Positions 11,831 to 22,165 of a stretch of 33,499 nt of DNA are shown piece by piece (the first letter of the stretch is position 1; each line of letters opens with the position of its first letter). A program made the position numbers and the translations under genes. Source of the stretch: Octopus bimaculoides (lineage: Eukaryota); NCBI RefSeq assembly GCF_001194135.2, contig NC_068987.1:54211459-54244957 (forward strand), in the 5' to 3' direction. Under the pieces are notes generated by a model. That model was not told the DNA's origin and made no database searches. It saw nothing but the letters and a program-made list of their open reading frames with translations.

Positions 11831-12096
11831 TCTGTCTTTTGACAGGTCTTGTTTTACTCCTGCTGGGTCTTTAGCAACCCTCCTCACCAGGCAAACCAAG
11901 TGGTGGGATGGCTGGCTTAGTCGCCGCCGACCCGATCATGCAACAGATTGTATTGGATTCCATGTTACCAGTAGCACTCATGAGAGACCTCACAATTGAC
12001 ATCACACTCACACACATACATACATACACAAACACACACACACATATATACATACATAGTAACGTATATATATTGTGTATATATATATATATATAT

Positions 12097-12140
<44 letters not shown>

Positions 12141-12144
<4 letters not shown>

Positions 12145-12270
12145 CTGTCTACCAAATCCACTCACAAGACTTTGGTCGGCTTGACACGATAGTAAAAGAC
12201 ACTTGCCGAAGGTACCGCGCAAGAAAATTAAGCCTAAACCATGTGAGCGGTAAATATCAACTAGACCTGT
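12141..12270 (-). mobile_element. SINE family C 5' half next to (CA)n
   Basis: GTTTCTGTCTACCAAATCCACTCACAAGACTTTGGTCGG..GACACTTGCC matches 20960-21030. Confidence 0.8.
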
Positions 12271-12721
12271 GAAACAGATGAACTTTCGATAGAGTCTCTC
12301 GCTAGCACATTAAACTATACACACANNNNNNNNNNNNNNNNNNNNNNNNNNNNNNNNNNNNNNNNNNNNNNNNNNNNNNNNNNNNNNNNNNNNNNNNNNN
12401 NNNNNNNNNNNNNNNNNNNNNNNNNNNNNNNNNNNNNNNNNNNNNNNNNNNNNNNNNNATATATATATATATATATATAATATGTATGGATGTATGTATG
12501 TATATATGCATATTTCAAATTTATATAAAAAAACAAAAAACGAAGAAAGATGAAGGAACAGCAAGTATTAGTTTAACCATCGGGAAGAATGGAAACCTAT
12601 GTTCTTCGACAGAAAGGATTGAAAGGGGGAAAATGAGGAGAGATTATATAAATATTATCCCTACATAATTTTTCTCTCTCCGTTCTTTTTCATTCTCTCT
12701 CTCTCTCTATATATATATATT

Positions 12722-13098
12722 ATCCGAAATGTAAAAGTATTAAATATCCATCACGGCTGGTCTTATCAATCGGTTTCGCGTAAAGAATACAATGGAGCGT
12801 TAGATAACAAACTTATTATATAACTTTATACTCATCAGAGTTAGCCGATATGGAAGGGAATATAGTGACTGCTCACTATTGTCGGAAGTGGATTAGCACA
12901 CCCGGTCTCCGCTGACTGGTCGTGCTAATCCACTTCCGACAATAGTGAGCAGTCACCATATTCCCTTCCTTGTCGGCTAACTCTGATGAACATAAAGTTC
13001 TATAATCGGATTGTTACCTAACACTCCATTGTATTCATTACGCAAAACCGATTGATAAGACCATCTGTGATGGATATTTAATACTATACATTTCAGAT
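12722..13098. repeat. About 377-bp fold-back (inverted repeat, 6-nt loop at 12908-12913)
   Basis: 12722-12907 is the reverse complement of 12914-13098; a 35-bp inner stretch (GTGCTAATCCACTTCCGACAATAGTGAGCAGTCAC) is perfect. Confidence 0.95.
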
Positions 13099-13241
13099 AA
13101 AATAGCACTTTACTGAAAGATATACGAGTGCATCTTTTCCCTGATTTATGGTCTCTTAGACGACTCTCTTTATTCCTTTACTTACTGTACTCCTTTCTGT
13201 TGACATTTCATTAATCTCTACCCTTCTCATTTTCCCTATTT

Positions 13242-13296
13242 GTCTTCGATGACGGAATACCCTTTACTCTGGGATATCCCAGAAACAGGTGTAAGA

Positions 13297-13297
<1 letters not shown>
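13242..13297 (+). ncRNA. Degenerate hammerhead-like motif of the 2049 family
   Basis: GTCT-TCGATGA-C..GATATCCC-A-GAAAC-AGGT-GTA-AGAC; the 3' 16 nt are identical to the 2049-2096 motif. Confidence 0.5.
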
Positions 13298-13346
<49 letters not shown>

Positions 13347-13638
13347 TATACATAAACATATGCATATATATACATGCATGCATGTGCATGTATCTAGACA
13401 CTCACACACACATACATATTATATGTGACATTTATGAACGGTAATTGATAAAATAAAAGGTGGACAGTTCCGTCTGCTAGCACAAATCGAAGGACTCAGC
13501 ATCCTAATAAATGACCGCGTTAGGTAGCACACTAAATATATCCTGCCTTCCAGTTCTGCCAAATCACCAATATGTAAATGCTTTATTATCTTGAATTAAT
13601 ATTACCATTTTGCCTCTTAGTGATTGAATATCACGGAT

Positions 13639-14164
13639 AGGCAATTTTCTGAGACCTATAACTTGGCTAAGTTGTGGAATATCCCTATCATTTTTGTGTG
13701 TGAGAACAATGGATACGGAATGGGTACGAGTGTTGATCGAGCAGCTGATTACAACACTCGAAGAGATTACGTCCCAAGCATTTGGGTCGATGGTATGGAG
13801 GTATTAGCAATTAGAGAAGCCACAAGATCTACCTGGCGCAATGCTGTTAAACAAGGTCCTATCCTCTTAGAGTATGCTATTTACCGTTACCGTGGCCACA
13901 GTATGAGTGACCCTGGCACAAGTTATCGTACACGAGAAGAAATTGAAGAAGCAAGAGAAAAAGGGATCCTGTTTCACCATTATGTTATCTAATATTACAA
14001 CTGTTGATGGTGATGAACTTAAGAAAATTGACCTCGATGTACAAAAAGAAGTTGGTGCCGCAGTAACTCCAGCTAAATCTGAGCCAGAGCTGCCTATAGA
14101 AGAACTATATACACATGTATACAAGAACCCACCTAATGGAATGAAAATCTGCGGCTGTGATAAT
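13639..14164 (+). pseudogene. PDHA1: Intronless, 5'- and 3'-truncated fragment of mitochondrial pyruvate dehydrogenase E1 alpha; frameshifted
   Basis: Frame 13624 reads [81 protein letters not shown]. After frameshifts at about 13958-13975 another frame continues DELKKIDLDVQKEV..AKSEPELPIEELYTHVY..ICGCD. These are hallmark PDH E1-alpha motifs (ENNxYGMGTS, [16 protein letters not shown]). About 3 codons are missing after DRAA, and conserved Gly residues are replaced (RRDY, VPSIW). Confidence 0.93.
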
Positions 14165-14177
14165 TATATATATACAT

Positions 14178-14382
14178 ATATATATATAAGGAGAATTCAC
14201 GATAAAACAACAGACGAAGTCAGGTGGCGTAAACAACAAATGGATGTATTAGTATAACGCTCGGGAATAAAGAAAGTCTTTAACGTTTCGAGTCTATGCT
14301 CTTCAACAGAAAGGAACACAGAAAGAAACAAGGAGAGAAAAAATATATATGTAGTGGTCAGCGATCTATCATGGTGAATATA
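14178..14382 (-). mobile_element. Same short repeat (copy 2)
   Basis: Direct homology to 3760-3960; flanked by (TA)n on both sides. Confidence 0.65.
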
Positions 14383-14411
14383 TATATATTTAGAGAATGT
14401 TAGATATGGTT

Positions 14412-14584
14412 GGTTAATAGGATTATCCAGCGTTTCGCGTCCATAAAGCGCTTAGCTTTACACACGTCTCGTCAGACCCTAAAACCTCTATAGAGCTTAT
14501 AGGCCACTGGGCATTAGGGTCTGACGAGACGTGTGTAAAGCTGAGTGCTTTATGGATGCAAAACCGTGGGTAACCCTCTGAACT
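14412..14584. repeat. Fold-back of two 71-bp arms, each a decayed hammerhead motif
   Basis: 14412-14482 pairs with 14514-14584 around a 31-nt spacer; the inner 29 bp are identical and I count 11 mismatches in total. Confidence 0.95.
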
Positions 14585-14655
14585 GGTCATAGCTAACATC
14601 TGCTCTATAACTTAGTGTGTGTTTCTCTTTCGGATTTATGATTTATTGACGATAG

Positions 14656-14690
<35 letters not shown>

Positions 14691-15701
14691 ATTATATATG
14701 TAGGTATATGTATATATACATATATATATATACATAATCACAAGAAGTTAAGAACTATGTCAAAGACAGAAAAAGATAACAGATTGTGTGTGTATGTGTA
14801 TGTGTGTGAGTGTTCATATATGTGCGCATACATACTTATATTTATACACGCTTGTGGGGGGGGGGGCGTGGTATGTTTTTGTGTTTGTCTATATATATGT
14901 GAGTGAGTGTGTGCATGAATATCAGTGCGTAAATATGTTAGCTATTTAACAGCTGGCGGCACAGTTAAGCAGCAATAAGTAGGTATCACACGATGATGTA
15001 GATCACTGCAGTAAGCAGCAGCAGCAGCAATGCGTTCAAACCAGCAAGTCTTTCGGTGTTCGGTTATTCAGTTATTCTGCAGGGCAGTGGTTCTTAAGCT
15101 GGGTAATAGCCTCCTCTTGACGATATTGCGAGCTCTCAAGGAGGGTAGCAAATATCATAAAGATGTTGAGTGGTACTGGGTCTTTAAAAGGGTCGTAATT
15201 TTGCTTAAGAAATAACATATTTAAACCAGGTACGATAAATGTATTTTAAACAAAAAAAGTACGGCGAACTAGCAAAATTGTTAGCATGCCGGGGAAAATA
15301 CTAACGGCATTTTTTTCCGACAGGATACGAACTGCGCATGTCATATTTGTCACCTCCATTGGTTGTCTCATCCTGATATAACTTCTTATTAAATCTATTT
15401 TATATGCCGCCCTTTTATAACACCTTTCACAGAAAGCCAGTGTGGAAGGGGTCAACGACGTGGTTGTTCAACCTGCTAACAAATTACAGAAGTCAAATCT
15501 CCTTCACATAATGCGCAAATGTGTTCTAAAATAGTGGACGGACATTTTAGAACACCCAATATTGATCAATTGGGTCTTAAATGCAGGGTTTTAATTAAAG
15601 ACATCGCGGTGGTCACGACCAGAATAGTTTCGTTTATACATCTTCACGAATAGGAATCACCTTTAACTCAGATACACTGAAGTAATTATCAAACAGAAAG
15701 A

Positions 15702-15900
15702 AAGCGACGAAGTGGCAGGATCGTTAGAACGTCGGAAAAAATCCTTGGCGGTATTTCTTCCGACTCATTAAGTTCTGAGTTCAAATCCCACTGGGGTCAA
15801 CTTTGACTTTCATCTCTTTTCATGTCGGATGATAGAATAAAGTACCAGAGAAGTATTGGGTTCGATGGTATCGACATAACACCCTCACCCACCCACTTCA
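15702..15900 (+). mobile_element. SINE family A
   Basis: GCGACGAAGTGGCAGGATCGTTAG..GTTCTGAGTTCAAATCCC..GGTCAACTTTGACTTTCATC..AAGTACCAG. Confidence 0.85.
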
Positions 15901-15909
15901 AATATTGGC

Positions 15910-16110
15910 TCCAAATTTTTACATAAGGCCAATAATTCAGTGGATTACATCGACCTCAGTACTGAACTGGTATTTATTTTATCAACCCAGAAAGGATGAA
16001 AAGCAAAGTTGACCTCCACGGAATTTGAACTTAAAACGTAAAGACGGACCGGACAAAAGCCGCTAAGCATTTTGTCTGGCGTGCTAACGATTTCTGCCAG
16101 CTCGCCGCTT
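15910..16110 (-). mobile_element. SINE family A
   Basis: GATTACATCGACCTCAGTACTGAACTGGTA..AAAGGATGAAAAGCAAAGTTGACCTC..GAATTTGAACTT..CTGCCAGCTCGCCGC. Confidence 0.9.
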
Positions 16111-16428
16111 TCTTCCCTTCAAATATCGTTGACTTTGTGCCAAAATCAGAAACAAGTACCATTAAGAAGCACTTCCTAGATTCGTCGCCCTTATTCCTGA
16201 TGCTCTTACTGATCTTCTCCTTTCCCCCTTCTCCTCCCTCTTGCCTCCTTCTACTTATTTCTTCCACCCTCTTTCCTCCTCCTCCTCCCCTCCTTCCCCT
16301 CCTTCTCCGCCTCTCTTATTTGTTAAACCAATGTTTCTTTCTCTTCTTTTCCTTCTTTAGGCTACATATTCTCTTTTTTTATTCTCTTCTCAGCCATCTT
16401 GTTTCCTATTTTGATCATCCTTCTCTTT

Positions 16429-16645
16429 AAGGTGACGAGATGGCAGAATCGTTACTACGCCGGGCAAAATGCTTAGCGGCATTTCGTTCGTTTTTTTTAT
16501 GTTCTAAGCTCAAATTCCGTTGAGGTCGACTTTTCCTTTCGTCCTTTCGCGATCGTCGATAAAATAAGTACCAGTTGAGCACTGGGGTCGATGTAATCGG
16601 CTTACGCCCTCCCCTTAAAAGAATTGCTGCTCTTGAAATCAATAA
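16429..16645 (+). mobile_element. SINE family A
   Basis: GGTGACGAGATGGCAGAATCGTTAC..GAGGTCGACTTTTCCTTTCGTCC..AAGTACCAGTTGAGCACTGGGGTCGATGTAATCG. Confidence 0.9.
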
Positions 16646-17093
16646 TTGTTCTCCTTCAAAAATCATTTCCTTTTCTCTCACCTTGATTTTATTATCTTAT
16701 TTCTTGTGTATGTGTGTGTGTGTCTGTGTGTGTGTGTGTGTGTGTGTGCGTTTAAATATATATATTTTCTGACTCATTTTACCCTAATATTCTATCATCT
16801 ATAATACGTACAGCCTTTCTATCTCAGCATATTCATTTTATGTAACCGAGTAGTCCCTTTCCTTGCTCTGTATTAAAACATCGAACAAAATCCGTGTGTA
16901 CAACGGTTGCTTTCAGCACCAAACACCTTGATATGTAACTAGACTAAAGACTAGAGAAAGCATAGTTAATATTTCAATATACATTCCCTAATGTTTCATG
17001 GAGAAAAAAATTAATGGTTAAACCAACTGAAGTTGGAGTTTAAACACTTCTTTCCCAGTCAGCCTCGATGAATTTTGTTTTATAGAATGATCT

Positions 17094-17096
<3 letters not shown>

Positions 17097-17124
<28 letters not shown>

Positions 17125-17142
17125 GCTTTCAGACAGACAGAC

Positions 17143-17177
<35 letters not shown>

Positions 17178-17182
17178 GAGAG

Positions 17183-17236
<54 letters not shown>
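17097..17236. repeat. (TA)n/(CAGA)n/(GATA)n microsatellite
   Basis: Direct reading. Confidence 0.95.
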
Positions 17237-17237
<1 letters not shown>

Positions 17238-17284
17238 CTCATACAAACAAATATACGTGTAATCATATTATTGTAACATATTTG

Positions 17285-17496
17285 CTTCAAATTTTGAAAC
17301 AAGGCCAGCAAGTCCGGGGAGGCGGATAAGTCGATTACATCGACCCAAGTGCTCAAATGGTACTTGTTTCATCGGCCACGAAGGGATGAAAGGCAAAGTC
17401 GACTGCGACAGTATTTGAGTCCAGAACGTGAAGTCGGACTATGTGTCACTAAAACTTTCGACCGTCGCGGTCACGATTTTACCAGCTCGCTGCCTT
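17285..17496 (-). mobile_element. SINE family A
   Basis: AAGTCGATTACATCGACCCAAGTGCTCAAATGGTACTT..GATGAAAGGCAAAGTCGAC..CCAGCTCGCTGCCTT. Confidence 0.88.
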
Positions 17497-18445
17497 CACC
17501 ATCATTGTAACATAATGATAAATAAGCGCGCACACGTACGGACGCAGACATGCATAACACACACACGCTCATACAAACATGTGCGCATTATATTTATAAT
17601 ATGTTTATGATACACGCACACGCATGCAAGAACGCACGCACACACGCACACGTGCACACATACAAACATGCGCCAGAAAGCAATATTTCATGGTCTCATC
17701 TGTGAGGCTACAAGTAAAACAAAATCTAAAGAACTTATATAATCGCATACATATAAGTGGGCGTACGCACATATAAATTCTAATATATTCATACACCCAT
17801 TTAAAAGTAACCATAACACACGCACAAACGCGCCCACTCGCTATAATATAGGTATCTCTGCTGAATTTCAGATGTTCTTCTAGAATTACTACAACCACCA
17901 CTACTACGACTAATATCAACTGATATTGCCAACATGGCTACTGTGCAATCAACATGATGACCACTACTACCATCAAATATAGCGCCATATTTTTCATATC
18001 CCTACTAAATTTTAGTAGAACTACCAGTACTATAAATGTCATCCATATCCACACTGGTATATATACTTATATATATATATATATATATNNNNNNNNNNNN
18101 NNNNNNNNNNNNNNNNNNNNNNNNNNNNNNNNNNNNNNNNNNNNNNNNNNNNNNNNNNNNNNNNNNNNNNNNNNNNNNNNNNNNNNNNNNNNNNNNNNNN
18201 NNNNNNNNNNNNNNNNNNNNNNNNNNNNNNNNNNNNNNNNNNNNNNNNNNNNNNNNNNNNNNNNNNTGTATTATGTGTGTGTGTGTATTGGTGGGTGTAT
18301 ATATAATATTTATAGAGACAAATAGACAAATAGATACATACATATATACATTTGTGTGTATGTATCTATGCATATGTTGATGTAGATATTATTTATATAT
18401 ATATATATATGAATGCATGTGTGTGTGTGTGCGTGTGTGTAGTAT

Positions 18446-18643
18446 AAAGTTCTTGGCTTCGCGTAAAAGAAAGTACAGGACGATAAGTTAATTATGATTT
18501 TATTCAACATATTCCCTTCTAAGATTCACAGACTTATTGCAGAAGTCCTTCGGGTTTTCTAAGCCGTGTAAAAGAACTCAGAAGGTTGTGTCTCCAACCA
18601 CGCCTTTCGCGATACCCTTAAAGCCAGAAACATTTCACACCCA
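18446..18643 (+). mobile_element. Mariner-type MITE (copy 2)
   Basis: Homologous to 2430-2600. Ends AAAGCCAGAAACATTTCACACCC, a decayed reverse complement of the left TIR. Confidence 0.7.
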
Positions 18644-18654
18644 CACATATACAT

Positions 18655-19513
18655 ACGACAATCATCTTTCAGTTTTCGTCAACCGAATCTACTCAAGGCT
18701 TTGTTGGCCAGAGGCTATACAGTGATCCCTCGACTATCGCGGGTGTTACGTTCCAAAAACGCCCGTGATAGGTGAAAATCCGCGAAGTAGAAACAGCACT
18801 GTACTGTATATATTTTTTTAATTATTTCTATAATTTGTATATATTCCTTTTATTCTTTTTATATATTTAAGCTTTTATAAACTCTCCCCCACACTCTTGA
18901 GAGTACCCGTGTTTTCTCATTTTTCGCTGGTGAGGAACATAGTGACGGGCAGTTGCTGGCGTTGTCTTTTCTTCCGTGTAAGGAAGAAAGCCTTAGCAGG
19001 TGCAGAGCGTTTGGGCGACACCGAGGGACTTGAAATAAATTCACAATTTTACACACAAATGCAAAACAACACCATACATTCGCCTCCCGAGTTTCGTTTT
19101 CCATACAGTATGTGCAATTCTTTGTTTACTCAACTACGGTACACTACGTATTTTCTTTTAATATGTTTAATGTGTTATACAATGCAGTACTGTACTGTAT
19201 TTTTATTTATTAATTTATTAAATTTTAGGCGCGAAAATGCTTATTTTACCACAGAAATAATTAAAATCTAAAAAAATATAAATACATGTCGGCCGCAGAT
19301 ACCTGCGATATACTGAGGTGTCTGCGATATAAATTTACGTATATCAGCCAGAAAAATCCGTGATGTACTGAGGGCGCGATAGATGAACCGTGATATGGTG
19401 AGTGATTACTGTAGTAGAAAATGCTTACGCAATGTACCCACGCAGTGGGACTGAACCTGGAACCATGTGGTTAGGAAACAAACTTCTTACCACACAGACA
19501 TGCTTGTGCCTAT
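18655..19513 (-). mobile_element. SINE family C 5' half, interrupted by the Tigger-like MITE
   Basis: TTTCAGTTTTCGTC..GAGGCTATA (18667-18719) rejoins GTAGAAAA..CACGCAGTGGGACTGAACCTGGAACCATGTGG..TTACCACACAG (19414-19500). Confidence 0.85.
18718..19413. mobile_element. Non-autonomous Tigger/pogo-like element with TA target duplication
   Basis: Left end TA-CAGTGATCCCTCGACTATCGCGG; the right end reverse-complements to TA-CAGTAATCACTCACCATATCACGG. There are subterminal (C/T)GCGATAT repeats and no ORF. It splits a SINE exactly at a TA. Confidence 0.85.
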
Positions 19514-20304
19514 GCATACATACATACACACACACACGCACATACATACATACATACACACACACGAACACACACATTTGCTTGTATATATGCATATATG
19601 CATTTATATGTGTTGATCTTTCGCAAATGTGTTTTAAAGCGAAGGATACAAATATCAGAGAAGAAACTGAAAAATCTGTGCCTTACGAACGATGGCCTTT
19701 GAGATGTTAGTTTAACATCGAATTACAGACACTCCTTTACCACCCCTTTATCACTGTCATAAACGTAGTAAACTAGTGGTTAGAGAATTACAAAAAAAAA
19801 ACCTGTAAGCAATGATTGTAATGTTTTAAATGAAAGTACTATATGAGGAAAAGAAATTGTCAAAAATCAGAGGTAACTAGTGATGATGTGGTTTTAGCAA
19901 AAGAAAACAAAAAGAAACACAGTAAATTTGGGGTTTGTTTGTTTGTTTTGTTTTGTTGTTATTTAGCCTCATGTCAGTCCGAACCGACCAGGTTCAGGAT
20001 CAAAGACTCTCCTACCATGCCCATACCGTCTGTTCCGACATATTTTGCCTCACTCTACATTGTTCACTATGTTCATACTTCTCTATAAAGTTATATCGGA
20101 CTGCGTTATCGAAAATATTTTTCTCCTTATTTAAAACAAGTAGAAGTGTTGCTGCTGGTACCTCGTTGTAAAATTTGTCGATTGAGTTTGCGAGGAACCG
20201 AGCTTTCAGAGCGAAGAAATGAAATGAGAGGGGCAGTTTATGCACCATGGAGTCTGTAAATATCTGGAATGAAAGGAACAAAAGCCTTTTCTCTTTTCTT
20301 CTTT

Positions 20305-21086
20305 TCTCTTTTATCTTCTGCTTGTTTCAGTCATTTGACTGCGGCCATACTGGGGCACATTTTGGAGGGTTTCAGTCAGACAAATCGACTCCCAGGACAT
20401 TTTTAAGCCAAGTACTTATTCTATCGGTCTCTTATGCCAAACTTCTAAGTTATAAGGGACGTAAACACACCAACATCGATTGTAAAGCGATGGTGGGGAA
20501 CAAACACAGACACAAAGACACACGCACAAAGATATATATACATATACATACATACATATATNNNNNNNNNNNNNNNNNNNNNNNNNNNNNNNNNNNNNNN
20601 NNNNNNNNNNNNNNNNNNNNNNNNNNNNNNNNNNNNNNNNNNNNNNNNNNNNNNNNNNNNNNNNNNNNNNNNNNNNNNNNNNNNNNNNNNNNNNNNNNNN
20701 NNNNNNNNNNNNNNNNNNNNNNNNNNNNNNNNNNNNNNNNNNNNNNNNNNNNNTATATATATATATAATATTATTAGGGAATACTATTCCAAAACTTACA
20801 GTGAAAATTCAAAATCAAATTTCTCAATATATAATACATATATAATTTAGATAAAAACCAACTATTAACAAATTGAACAATAAAAAACAAATATATCACA
20901 AAACCCCTATTCCAAAAATCAACAAATTACACGATCAATAAATAGCAGGGTTCGTTCAGCTTCCCTCTACCAAATCCACTCACAAAGCTTTAGTCGGACC
21001 GAGGCTACAATAGAAGACACTTGCCTAAGATGCCACGCATCTGGTTTGGAAGCAAGCTTCTTACCACACAGCCACTCCCGCGCCTT
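20305..21086 (-). mobile_element. tRNA-SINE family C with internal microsatellite, gap and an unassigned AT-rich insert
   Basis: Head (reverse complement) AAGGCGCGGGAGTGGCTGTGTGGTAAG at 21086. Body TACCAAATCCACTCACAAAGC at about 20968. 3' part GTTTCAGTCATTTGACTGCGGCCAT..AGTACTTATTCTATCGG..ACAAACACAGACAC at 20320-20515. Confidence 0.8.
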
Positions 21087-21653
21087 GGACACAAAACTCT
21101 TTAAACTACATCTCTATCACAACCGAATAACAGATCGAACCCGCTACGTATTCGCATGTATATATGTGTGTGTGGGTATGTGTGTGTATGTGTGTGGATT
21201 TGGCAGTGTATGTGACCGTGTGTGTGTGTGTGTGTGTGTGTGTATGTACTTGTGTATATATATACGTGTGTGTATGCCTTTATACATCTACAAACATGTA
21301 TGTGTGTGTGTCTAAATCTGTATTTGATTGCATTCACGTTTATTCATGTGTGTGTGAGTGGGGGAGTAAATAGGCATGCGGGTATGTTTGTGAATCTACA
21401 TTGATTGAAATATTAAGGTGTGTGTATGGGTCCCAATGTGCATGTGTGCATTTTTGCACCCATTTGCACGTATACATACAAGTAAATGCAAATGCAAGTT
21501 CGTCCGTATTAGACAAGGTATGTCTTGTTCTTGCGAGCATACAGGTAATTATGCATATGTGAGTGTTTCAGTGTGAATGTCAACGTATTATAGCTTTCCA
21601 TAATAACTGTATGCATGTATGTATGCATATATTATGTATTTATACATGAATGC

Positions 21654-21708
<55 letters not shown>

Positions 21709-22125
21709 TGGTTTCTTTGGTATGTCTGTTTCCAAACAACACTTGTTTTAGTGCTGTTGATAGCGCCGGATTGAATGGTNNNNNNNNNNNNNNNNNNNNN
21801 NNNNNNNNNNNNNNNNNNNNNNNNNNNNNNNNNNNNNNNNNNNNNNNNNNNNNNNNNNNNNNNNNNNNNNNNNNNNNNNNNNNNNNNNNNNNNNNNNNNN
21901 NNNNNNNNNNNNNNNNNNNNNNNNNNNNNNNNNNNNNNNNNNNNNNNNNNNNNNNNNNNNNNNNNTATAGAATATGGAATATACAATATATAATATAATA
22001 TACAATATATAATATAAAATAAAATAAAATAAAAATGGATGGCACCATGAAAGAAGGTATTGAATGTAGATGAAATATTGAGTGTTCAATATAAAGGATC
22101 AAATATATAAATATAAATATATAAA

Positions 22126-22165
22126 GGCGACTCGAGTTTCAGGGCTATTTCCCTTCGTCATGGCC
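22126..22165 (-). ncRNA. Candidate minimal type I hammerhead ribozyme with one extra base in the core
   Basis: Reverse complement GGC-C(A)TGACGA-AGGG-AAATAG-CCCT-GAAAC-TCGA-GTC-GCC. Helices I and II are perfect, helix III is the palindrome ACTCGAGT, and the site is GUC. Confidence 0.65.

Noticed and set aside
15084-15105. CAGTGGTTCTTAAGCTGGG, similar to a hAT/Charlie TIR
   Set aside because: No partner TIR or 8-bp target duplication found.
16180-16428. Pyrimidine-rich tract giving a Leu/Pro/Ser-rich ORF
   Set aside because: Low-complexity spacer between two SINEs.
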